64,000 nt of DNA from Trichosphaerium sp. ATCC 40318. Taxonomy: Eukaryota; Protista; Tubulinea. Below the pieces are notes generated by a model, which saw nothing but the letters and a program-made list of their open reading frames with translations, made no database searches and was not told the origin of the DNA. Positions 14,631 through 26,650 of this stretch are shown here, piece after piece. How positions within the stretch are numbered: the stretch's first letter is position 1; every line of letters starts with the position of its first letter. Location of the stretch: contig JALMLS010000289.1 of the NCBI GenBank assembly GCA_038496445.1, positions 110,598 to 174,597 of the forward strand, written 5' to 3'. Both the position numbers and the translations under genes were made by a program.

Positions 14631-16316
14631 GGTGATTATGTTAGTGTGTTAATCTCCACGTGCTGCGTCTTGTATTGGATGTTAAGAATAAGAAAAAAGC
14701 CTTGATACACCACACAGAAATTGTTCACATAGTCTTTTTCTTGAAGCTCTTATTGTAATGATTCGCGAGCCTGAGTTGTAAGAAGCAATATTGCTACTAC
14801 CGGAGTTATAGAATAGATGAACAAGGCGAGAACTTTAGAGAAGTCCGTACGTACATGTGTGGTTTTGAAAAATAACTGTTATGGTAATAAACGTAAAAGG
14901 TGGAAGGTATGACCCTAATCTTGTAATGGATGATAAGTCTTTTGGGTGAAAGTGAAGATGTTTTAAAGTTTTCCAAACAGAGTTACATAACGCACGTCGA
15001 TGGGCGGTTTTGTGTGAACACTTCTTTTCGTGCCTTAGATACGCTCAATGACGCTACTACTAATGCTACAAAGGTGAAGTAGACATTATTTCTTGTAATA
15101 TCAGAAATTGCTGCGCACCTCTTGCTCTACATAACAAACAAGCTTCTATTGTAGTCGTCATAAAATTTGTACACACTTTTTTCACTTTCTTAACTGAGAA
15201 CCCAGATAGCCAGTTTTAATTTGTTTTGTTAGCAGGGTACCTCCTACGCGTGGGGGTCACGACAAGACTACTTCCGGATACTTCTAGATAAAAATATTAG
15301 AAAAACTTTACATTGCCAAATGGCAACTCTAAGTACCAGTGTCGTCAAGTTGTTAGCCCATGCACCATATATGACTCGTTTCTTTACTATGTAAATCACT
15401 TTTAGCGCTAGTTGTTTTTGGAATGAACATCTCACAGTGGCTGATAGCTACCATTACGAGTATAGCTGCATTTTTAGTTTTTTACCCACGTGATTGAAGA
15501 GACATTTAATTTTCGAGTAGTACTACTCACCTATTTAGAATGTTAGCTACTATGTTTCCGTAAATGGGTACTTGAACGAATTGTTAGTACAATTATTGTA
15601 CTGACAAGTTTACTAAGATGCGCCATTGCTCTAAAAAGGAATATCAGAAACTTCTTTTTATCGATTCATTCGAGCTTGTGATCAACTTTACGTCACTCAT
15701 TTGTTAACTACAGAAGGAAGGCTTCATTGCCTTCGTACCCATTTAGGGCTTGTAGGCCCAATACACACCTTTTTGTTAGCAGAAATATGCTTTTAAATAC
15801 GCGTGGTTTGTAAATGATGAAGGCATTTCTGCGTAGAGCTAATAACCCTTAACACGTGCTGTAGAATCGTATTTTATTTCGCACCCTTACCAAGTCCTTA
15901 TAAAAGAGCAGGAACCTTAAAGAAATAGATATTCAGTGCGTATCTCATCGAGAATCTGGTGCGTTCATGCTACATACAGTGAAAAAACAACAGGGATTGG
16001 TGATTACTGACATGTGTACTACGAACGCAGTCAATGGAAAGATGTTATGGATATGTTATGGTTATTTAACGTATACTTTGTTGTTTACATCTTAAATACC
16101 CACAAAGCAACTTAAAGGCTTAGGCGTTAGCTGGACCAATGAATAAAAACTCACAAAATTATCATCATCTTAGTTGATAGCATCTTTGTGCTCTCTCAAC
16201 GCTGCGATAAGTTTAATAATGTGTGCCAACACGTGACATAAAAACAGAACACAACAATGGTATTGGTATGTTCCTCTTGCGTGTTGCTTGGAAAGGATAA
16301 ACTTTTATTTGATGAT

Positions 16317-18585
16317 TTATACTCTAAAGGCAGCATTGATGTTACAGTCATCTTCTGACGAAACAACTTTTTCCTTTGTGAATACAGTGCGATTGTTTGG
16401 GTCACTTCTGATTTGATCTGTAGTAAACACAACAGTAGCACGCCATGTAGCCACAGCAACATTTCTAGGAGCCGTCCACTATTCAAAAAACAACAATTAG
16501 AACAATCCAGAACAAAAAAAAGAAAAACAAGGAAAAAACAAGGACCGCCTTTCAAAATTGTCTTACTCTTTTTGGATGAAAAGACGTACGCTAAACATTC
16601 CATCGAAAGCTGGGTATGGTTGACTATTACGCGTCCACGTGATCGTAAGTTCTTCATTATGATTGTTTTTCACCTTACGGAATTGAGCTACTTCCACCAC
16701 CTTAGCTGTTACAGTAATATCAGCTGTGCCGCAATCTGCTTCGATATCATCGATCAAGTTCACAGTAGCAAAGAAACGAAGCCACCTACAGCCATAATTA
16801 GTACATTTAAACACGCGTGATACACTTTGAACGTACATATTCTCAACGTCTATTGGACAGAAATGTGGAGAACTCATGTTGCGCATGAGACAATACTCGT
16901 TCATAGGTCTGTAACCCGCCAAAGTATTTCCTAGACGATATGTCTTGTATGCGCCAATGTACTCTTCCCAGTGAAATTGAGGGGCGTCCATGTATTCGTG
17001 AAGAGTTAGAGAGCACAGTTGACGTTCAATTGCGCTGGTTCCAGGATAAGCTTCCTTGAATTCCAGGGTATGTTCACCGGCAGAGAATCCTTCTGGTACA
17101 TCATAATTATAAAACGTTCTATCAACTTCACCACGTGACGTCCATTCTAGTGGTTGACCATCAAGGAGAACAATAAGAGAATCTAAGGAATAGAAATGTT
17201 ACAAGCAATCAGAGTTTAAAGGTTCTTACCTTCTTCAGGACATCCTGAAATCGTAAAACGCATGAACCATCTTTTGTATTGTCCATTAGATTGGAACTTG
17301 TAACTGATTGGTCCTCCTTTGAGCAAATACCAAGGGTAAGCCTGAACATAATAAGAAAACTTTACAGTACGCTTGAAGGTTTTACCTGAAGCCTCAGTTC
17401 AGCATCTTGAGCAACAGCTGGAGGTCTGTCGGTGAGCCAATGTCCCCATTTTGTTGCTACTTGAGAAAGAGATGAAGCAGAATTGGCTCCACTGTACGCA
17501 GATCCGCCATCGTACTCCTCGCCTGTAGTTCTAAATATCAGCACCAAACAACTCGCACTATTTTTTTAATAACATACCAACTCTACCAAAGTTATGACCG
17601 AGTTCGTGACGAAGAACAACAGTGCCAGAAGTAGGAGATTCAGTTGATATTGCGAATTCACCGCCAAGACCACCGTAGTAAGGTGAGTTACCAATCAAAG
17701 TAGGAAAGTCACATGCATTTGGACCAGTCTGCCTACAAGCATCTCTAGCAGCCTTTGGTTGATGAAATGTTAGTGACTCTATAGATTGATAAACACGTAC
17801 ACTAGCTTTGGATGTGTACACGCCTCTAAGCTCTGTTCCGGATCTATACAAACCAAAAGCTGTATTCAAAGGCGTTCCTCCTGTTGAGGTTCATTAGTAT
17901 GTTCTCAAGAACTGTTTCGGGTACCAACTCCAATGCCTGATTCAACACTTGGTCTAAAAACGACCCAAACGTTGAAAAGTGGTAGATAATCGGCGAATGT
18001 TACACCATTAAACATGTCGTCTACCTACAAATTGTCACGTGACCGACAAATTGATTTCTGAAAAAGATGTACAAGACGTTTCATGTCATCCAGCATTTGG
18101 TCACGTTGGTTTTGAGTATACCCATCACCCATAAATACCAAATCAATTCTATTTGCTGGATCTCCAGTCTCTACAATTGGAATGACTTCATCTGCATTTG
18201 GCTCGAGCGAAATCTACTCAAAAATCACGTGATTAACTAAAAGTACAAGGCTAGCTGTTTTGTTTACCTTTGCTGGTCTCTTGACGATTTTACACTCTCT
18301 ATGGAGTACTCTTGTAGCAGCGGATTTTGTAGTAGCATACAATTCGTATACGTGACCTCCTTTAACGCCAGAATCATGAGAAATTATTTGAGGTGAAGTT
18401 TCCAAATGAAAGTTCTCGTCATTTATGAACCCACGATACTTTGGTACATACTCCTCAACTACGACATTGCATTTCTTTGAGTGTGGTGTATTTGTAACAA
18501 ATCTAATGTAGTAGCTATCGCTCTGGTGCTCTCCTAATGCTAGAATAGCCAGGGACACCAACAAGATGGCAACAAAACACTTCAT
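16317..18585 (-). CDS. Secreted M64-family (IgA peptidase-like) zinc metallopeptidase, multi-exon
   Basis: Signal peptide MKCFVAILLVSLAILALG, NRIDLVFMGDGYT, LIGNSPYYGGLGGEFAI, zinc motif LRHELGHNFG..GEEYDGG and YRP..YCLMRNMSSPHFCPID. Confidence 0.9.
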
Positions 18586-18793
18586 TTCCAAGTTACCGTA
18601 AAAACAAACAACTCATCTGCCAGGGCTCTGCCAGGGCAAGCTAACTTGCTCTGACATAAACAAAATGAACAACGAACAAAGACCTTCTTGTGTAGTTGTA
18701 ATACAACGCACTGCATCAAGTGTTAGATAACCGTTAATTCAGATTTTGGGTATCAAAGCCAATTATTGATTATACAACCCCACGTGCACAACG

Positions 18794-19735
18794 ATGAGCT
18801 TTGATCTTACTAAACTCGTAATAACGCGTCATTTACCATTATTAAGCCGTTTTTAGGGACAATTAGGCAAAAAGGAGCCAAAAAAGCCGGTATCTGCTGT
18901 ACAGCCAACAAATTTCCCTCAAGCACCAGATTATCTCATTTCTCAAGCGGAAAACCCTGCTAAGGTACGTTTTATGTACTTTCTAATTCTGACTCTCCAA
19001 AACAGGCTCTACTTGATGACAACACCAACTGGGAGGAAATGGATGGCGCTAAAACCACTTTATACAGTAAACCAATGTATTCTGCTACAGGAGGTTCCAT
19101 TTCACATTGTAATACGTCTAAAGCTAAGTAACAATAGGTGTGGTACTACGTTGTGCTAAAGCAGAGTGTGAAATAAAAGCTAGCGCTGAAAAAGTACTCA
19201 AGACGGTTTGGGACAACGAAATGGGTTGGAACCAGTCACTAGGTTCTAGCCAGATCATGCAACAAAGCGCTTTTAACGCTAGAACATTTTACCAGCAATT
19301 CCGCGTCCAATCAGCGTCAACAGCACGCAGAGACTTGGTACGTTATAAATACAAACATGTATGGCATTGACATGCATTGTGAAGGTCGTTGAAAAACAGT
19401 ACAGAAAGACTTCAGACGGTTACTTTATTTTTGCAACTTCTGTTGTATCTTCTCAAGCACCACCTAACCCACCAGCTGTAATGGTTAGAGCTAACCTCAT
19501 ACTATACGGTATGAGAATTAAAGAGTATAAAGATGTATGTGAAGTGACTGTTGTTTCTTGCATGAACTTCGAAGGGTACGTCACGTGACCGTTTTCTTTA
19601 CTTTTTTGGACAAGACAATTTACTTGGATATTTTTTTTGATATTTATTTTTAGTGTTTTGCACGTGAAGTTTATCGAAAAAGAGTGTATGGATGTAGCTA
19701 AGCGTTTAGCAAAAATCAAAACATTGACAGAGTAG
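18794..19735 (+). CDS. START/SRPBCC lipid-binding domain protein, multi-exon
   Basis: NWEEM, KAECEIKASAEKVLKTVWD, STARRDLVV, YFIFATSV, VMVRANLILYGMRI and CEVTVVSCMNFEG match the START pattern. Confidence 0.8.
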
Positions 19736-20068
19736 ATCTATAGATCACAAATAAATCAGCACAATTAGTGTTCATATATTACACTAATAAAGACACAACA
19801 CTTGCGCAAGCAAATGTCTAAACCAAACTCCTTTGATTATGTCAGTCATTAACATTAGTAGACATTATTTCATTATCAAGATTGTAGTGGTCCTCTCACT
19901 GCCCGACTTCAGCAATTATGACAAATCCAACCTTGCCTTGATAAAAGGCTGCATTGTTTTGTACATATCGAATTCGACAAAATTGTTTTAGTCGGTCCAA
20001 TGGTCCTTGGGTTTCAATGGACATTGCCTTAATGCATTAAGCTTCTGTAATTTGGTACCTTATTAACC

Positions 20069-20797
20069 ATGTCAGATACAAATGCACCTCGAGAAATCAA
20101 GCACGTAACCTTTGAACATTTATTTTCGAAGCATAGAGATTGGATAGTTGATCACAACGGCATGTATAGTTCTAAAATAGGTGGATTATTTATTGTAAAC
20201 GCAAAGACAGGGCAAGTAGCATTGAATCCTTGCTTTTCATCTGATTGGACACCAAATCAAATAGCTAACGCCCCAATAATGGCTGCAAAGGTAGTAGAAG
20301 CAATGGTGGCTTCGCTACCACCATCAGAGAAGCCACATCGCGTTATGAGCTCAAGTCCAGCAGTAGCTAAGGCTTTGGCAAAGACTAATCTAGCTGGGGT
20401 TGAAATAGCTATTTCTGATTTCACTGTGCCGTATGGCGTTCTACTGCGCTATCCATTCGTACAGAGATATATAAAAAAAGCTACACCATCTTCCTGCGTT
20501 GTATTTAATGCCTATGGCGCTTGGTTGGACCAAATCTCAAGATACACAGCATTTTGCAGGCTACAGCTAATACTGAAGGGAATGAAGATAGATTATGCAA
20601 GAACTCTTGATATCTTGGGTACAGATACAAATAGTGATAAACTGTGGCCAACACTCAAAGATAATAAGTGGATACCAGCTGAGTACGCACTCAAACAGTT
20701 GATTGTAGAAGACTATTGTAAAGAACGGAAAGGTGTAGATAGCAACAATTTAACACGTGCCCAAATACGATCGATAGTACTCGGTAGGATCAAATAG
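20069..20797 (+). CDS. Intronless 242-aa hypothetical protein
   Basis: A single uninterrupted ATG-to-TAG ORF with globular composition. No family recognised. Confidence 0.75.
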   Translation: MSDTNAPREIKHVTFEHLFSKHRDWIVDHNGMYSSKIGGLFIVNAKTGQVALNPCFSSDWTPNQIANAPIMAAKVVEAMVASLPPSEKPHRVMSSSPAVAKALAKTNLAGVEIAISDFTVPYGVLLRYPFVQRYIKKATPSSCVVFNAYGAWLDQISRYTAFCRLQLILKGMKIDYARTLDILGTDTNSDKLWPTLKDNKWIPAEYALKQLIVEDYCKERKGVDSNNLTRAQIRSIVLGRIK

Positions 20798-21124
20798 AAA
20801 TAATGACTTGTATGCAAACCTTTCTTAATGTCTTTTCCAAGGCTGTGTTTTTTGAATGAAAAGCACGTGACATCATGTACATATTTCTGGAATCCGTTAT
20901 GAAACTGAAAATGTAGCCACTCAAGGAGGTTTTTGTAAAGTTCTTGGTTCGTGGCAACAATGCTGTGTCTGAAAAAAAAAAACCAAAAAAAATACTGTAC
21001 AATGCTTTTTCTTTATTCAGAATAAAAAGCACCTAAGCAGGCTATATTTTTTTTACAGGGTAGCTAGCAAGCACAAGTAGGAATGGAAAACTTTCAAAGC
21101 TTAGTTTTCTAATATCCCAGTAAC

Positions 21125-24049
21125 TCACATGTAGAAAGGGTAAAAACTGAGTTTGCCAGTATCCCAACACTAAACAAAGTGAGTAAAAAAAAATCTTATC
21201 AAACATGAAAAAAGAAAAATATCGTACAACAGCCAGCATTGATCCATGAGAAAATGAAGGTCGGAATTCCATAAATAACACCCTTTTTGCCCTTGGAGGG
21301 CCTCTAATAAACCCACTAATAAATAAGTAAGCAAAACAACTAGAAATAAAGGAAGAAAAAAAAAAGTAACAATAATGGTGATATGTTCTTAGTCATCACT
21401 TGTCTTTTTACGTACAGAGGTAATAAAGATAAGGTACCACGAGTATCAGTTATATATATGGCAATTAACTCGGAATTATTGAATGATACAGCCAACCTAG
21501 CGTTCCTATAATCCCAAACAATATCTCTAATGTCACCAACAGTAACATTAGTCCTTGAAAAATACAAACATCAGCACTCATCGAAGAAAGGGTTGTTGTA
21601 TTAATATACTATAGAATTGGATGATGTGGCTATATACGTACCCTGTGTGGGTCTCATAAGGTTCAATGGTCTCAACAGAAATAAGATTTGCCTTCTTTTT
21701 GCGACCAGCAATAGCCAAACAGAAAAAAAAAATAAAAGGTTGGCCAACCAACGCTACAGCCAACCAAGTTCCATCAGCACTCCATGTAGCACTCTATAAA
21801 TTTGTATTAGTCACTGTGAATATACTCTTCTGAACTTAGGTGCACAAACGAGCAAGTGGGTAACATCAAAATGCAATGCAAGCGGCTGTTCTAATTTTTG
21901 TGCAATTGTATGAATTATTTAAAACGTACTCGACAAGGTGCATTCATATTATGTATTGTATCATATTGCCATGTGATTGTATCAAATACACGTAACACAG
22001 TAGTTCTAAACAGCAAAGAAAGTTAATAAAACACTGCGTCGAAAAAACTCAATTGAAAATCATCAAACAGTACAAAAACACTCAACGCGCAAACAGGGAT
22101 GTACAAATAATACATGGAAGCGTCGGTAAAAGAAAGGATAGATGGGTAACAACAAAAAAAGCAAAATGAATACAGCACCCTACGTTCCCTGGTCCTCACG
22201 GACCCAAGTACTGGCAGGGCCATACCATGCTTATCTTCGCGGTTCGGAAAGAGACACGGAGTTTTCATGGTATGGCCGTATCCATTAGTGAAGAAGATAT
22301 TTTTGAAAGTGGTTTGGTCGAACTAACAAAATTCTTGAAAAATAAAAGACAGTTCCACGCTATTAACGAAGACTCGGAAAAAATGAATACCTCTTTTCTG
22401 CAACGAAGAGCATATCGCCATGTGGACTGTAACGCGCTACAGATACTCCACTACATGCTACTTGTAATGACGTTGATTGTTCTGTAGAGAAATCCCAGAT
22501 AATAGGTTTACCAGAAGCAGAAGATCCTGAAACAAGTGCACTAAAAAAAAATATGAGAAGATAGAAAAACAAGAAATAAAATAAAACTGCGACAATACTT
22601 GCCCTCCACTTGGAGACCACGACAAAGAATCAACAGGAGAGTGCTCTAAACACAGTTAGAAATTTATTATCATGCGATAGTAATGCCGTACTTGGATAAG
22701 TTAGGTAGTTAACCCAAGCAGATTGATCCTGAAATACTTTTCCTTTAGTACCAGTTAGATATGAAAATATTTATGCTCTATTACGTACTCTCATTTATCA
22801 TTGTTGGTTTACTTACAATACTCCATATGCAAATACCAAACCGACACGCTTAGAAACGTAAGTCTTTTCTCAAAAAAATCAAAAAGAAAAAAGTATTCGA
22901 AGTAAAATACAGCGACTTGAACTCTTGAGCATACCAACAGCTAGTACATTGCCAGAACATGGCTTCCATTCAATCCATCGAATACCTTAAGTAACGTAAG
23001 CCAATATGAATAGGGAAAGCAATCAAAATAAACGACTGAATGACATTTCGAAACATCTGCAAAAAAAACTGTACCTCGTTGAAACTCATGATTCAAGATG
23101 ATTGGACTCCATGCTAATTTGATTTTAACGTTAATAACCACAAATTATTAATAAATAACTTACAATTGGTCTTAAGATTGTATATGCGCACTTGCTCATC
23201 ATTTACTGCAATAGCAAACCTAGTTCATAAAATTTCTTTAAAAAAAATGATTCGAATTGTAAGCGCACTTATTAGTATACTTGTGCCAGGCAAATGCTGA
23301 TATTTTTTTCTCAGGTGGTTTAAGACCATCATACGGTAACTAAAATACTTCTATTAGATGTTATGGGAATGACATCAAATGAAAACCTTCAAATTGAAAA
23401 ATATCTTTTTTTTTTTGATTGAATTCAAAAAAGAAGTTATTAGAAATGGCGTACACTAGCGCCTGTCACATTGTAGAACATAGAAGACATCCTACTAGGG
23501 ATACTAGCAACTGCTGCCATTGTTTGCCATAATGAGGTAGCAAAAGTTGGTCCTTGTTTCTGTTTGCGCGTCAGTACTTCAGCGCCATAGTGCTCTTCTG
23601 AATCAGAACGACCAACAGAAGGAACAACGATGTTTGGATTTGCGAAGTTCGCTCCAGTCTTTTATGAGGTTGTTAGTGTCGAATAGAAGAATAAATGATC
23701 GATTTTGATCATTTAAATACAAAATATTTTGGCGCACTTTTCTAGCTTCTAATGCTAAATATTCCTGTATTTGGTTGTCTTGCATGCTTGAAGCAGTATC
23801 TGAGAAAAAATAATAAGTTTTTCGTTATTATTATGTAAATCATTGCTACTCGACGCTCAAATGATGTCTTACATAGTATGCCATTGATTTCGCCTATAGT
23901 GACTTGTCCAGATGGGCATTGTTCATCTGGAGCTCGTGGAGGTTCTACTGATCGCGCTAAAAGGCCAATTGGTAACTCAAATTAAGAATGTTGTACGCAC
24001 ATGCAAAGCTGTTTACGCTTTCTCGTTGTGCACCCGCAAAATGCTGCAT
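21125..24049 (-). CDS. AAAS: Aladin, WD40 nucleoporin, multi-exon
   Basis: GQVTIGEINGIL, FAWHKY..FAIA, ILNHEFQR, IEWKPCSGNVLAVG, SLSWSPSG, IVWDYRNARLAVSF, GFIRGP, FRPSFSHGSMLAV and WDTGKLSFYPFY. Confidence 0.9.
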
Positions 24050-24205
24050 GTCATGCTCTTATTGGACGTCACTTATTTAACGACAAATAGTTCTTTGTAG
24101 TTATTTTGTCGGAAGATCGCCTTAAAAAGGGCTAAGTTTGACCAACTAATTTTAATTTTTTGTAGTTTAGTTTTCAGTCTTTCAGTTTGTAACAGATACA
24201 GCATC

Positions 24206-26415
24206 ATGTACAAGGGTGGGTACGTACAATTTTAGCGCTTACATCGCTACGAGAGACTGTTTGTTCAGATCTCTACCTTTTGCCAAGCCGTACTAACTTT
24301 AGTAGTCGCAAAGCAGCAAAAATTACATCCCACGAGGGTCACTCAGGTGGTGTACACTCCTATTCTGAGGAAGAAAGAGCAGCTTTCGTTGATTGGATCA
24401 ACGATCAGCTTGCACACGACCCAGACCTTGGTACGTAATTGAAAACACAGTAAACGCGCTCGTAGCGTTGTTCTACACAACTCTCTAGCGAGCATTTTCC
24501 TTCTGTGCCTATGTTTATAACTTTTTAGCAAAACACCTTCCAATGCAAGAGAGCGATCTCTTTGAAAACGTTGGTGACGGTCTTGTCATTTGGTACGTCT
24601 AAGATTAGAATTCCCAATATCTTTTGTCAAAAACACTAAAATTCTTCTGTTAGCAAACTTATCAACGACGCTGTACCAGACACTATCGATGAGCGTGTAT
24701 TGAACAAAAAGAACAACCCTAACGTATTCCAAAAGACAGAGAACCAAAATGTCTGTATCAACTCTGCTTCTTCCATTGGTTGTAACGTAGTAAACATTGG
24801 GTCCCAAGATTTGATTTCAGGAACACCTCATTTAGTTCTTGGTTTGATCTGGCAAATTATCAGAGTACGTCACTACTGAAGCGCTGTGGAACGCACTGGC
24901 ATGCGTTAAAATGCTTTTACGATAACTTTTGGTCAAATCGCTTACTTATTTGTTTAGATCGGTCTTTTGTCTTCTGTCAATCTTGTCAACCACCCAGAGT
25001 TGTACCGTTTGCTCGAAGACGGCGAGACAATCGAAGATTTGATGAAATTGCCACCTGAGCAAATCCTTATCCGTTGGGTAAACTACCAACTCAAGCAAGC
25101 TGGTTCCCCAAAGAGAATCCATAACTTTTCTGGAGATATCAAGGTACGTTCGAAAATAGATTTGGGTTTGTTTTTGTATACACTTGTTTGCTCATTCCGC
25201 GTTTAGGACTCTGAGGCATACACTATCCTCTTAAATCAAATTGCTCCTAAAGATAAGGGTGTCAACACCAACGCATTGAACGAATCTGATCGTAACACTC
25301 GTGCTGGTATGGTTTTGGAGAACGCCGACAAAATTGGATGTAAGAAATTTCTTAAACCCCGTGATATCGTAAACGGTAACCCAAAATTGAACTTGGCTTT
25401 CGTTGCCAATCTATTCAACAACTTCCCTGCTTTGGACCCTGTTGAGGAAGTCATTGAAATCATTGAAGAAACCAGAGAAGAAAAGACTTTCAGGTGCGGC
25501 CCTATTTATATTTTCCGTTTGTATTTGCAGTTGATTGACGTATTGTTTAGAAACTGGATGAACTCTTTGGGTGTGTCTCCATTCGTTAACCACTTTTACA
25601 ACGATTTGTGTGATGGTAACGTCCTCCTCCAATTGTTTGACAAAATCCAACCTGGTATTGTTGACTGGAAACGTGCTAACAAACCACCATTCTCACGCAT
25701 GGGCGGTAACATGAAGAAGCTCGAGAACTGCAACTACTGTACAGAGCTCGGTAAACAACTTAACTTTTCTTTGGTCGGTATCCAAGGTAACGATATCCGC
25801 TCCCAAAACAAGAAGCTCACACTTGGTACGTTTCATTTGTTCTCTTTTCTCAAGTTTTTTGTGCTTATTTGTGCTTGTAGCTGTTGTATGGCAAATGATG
25901 AGAGCATACGTTCTCGCTATCCTCAAGAAACTCGGTGGTGGTAAAAAGATTGAAGAATCCGGAATTATACAATGGGCCAATGACAGATTGTCCGGCGCTG
26001 GCAAATCCTCCTCTTTCCGTAGCTTCAAAGACAAGTGCGTATTTTTTTCTTATCCTCTTTGTTAAATTTAAATGCTAATATTTGCCCGTAGAGCTTTGTG
26101 CGATGCTACTCCTATTGTAGACTTGGTAGACGCCATTAGACCAGGCTCTATTGATTACAGCATTATTGCTTCAAGCGGTTCTGAAGCTGATAAGATGAAC
26201 AATGCTAAATACGTTATTTCTGCTGCACGTAAAATCGGTGCAGTCGTTTTCGCTCTTCCAGAAGATATTGTCGTACGTTTTTTGACAAACATAATTTTTC
26301 CGCTTGTGGAGTTTTATGTTAATGAGTATTTTAGGAAGCCAACCCAAAGATGATGTTGACAATCTTCGCTGCCCTTATGGCCGCCGATTTCCTTGACGAC
26401 GGTAAAATTCAGTAA
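24206..26415 (+). CDS. Fimbrin/plastin actin-bundling protein (4 CH domains; no EF-hand headpiece seen), multi-exon
   Basis: [75 protein letters not shown] and [14 protein letters not shown]. Confidence 0.96.
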
Positions 26416-26650
26416 ACTGAGTTTGTATTTCACAACTACAAAATATAATTATACGAGACGTAGTCTCGTTTAAAATAATACAAATTACATAAAAACCATA
26501 TCGTGTCGTTGATTCTGAGGGTATTTTTTATGAAGTAATGATAATATTTTTAGTTTGTTTGTCATGATTTTCGTTTATTTCCTATTTAAACCATTGGTTT
26601 TCCGTTTTCGTCTAGTGTTTGTACTTCGGTATCGCTTTTCTACTCGGGTG

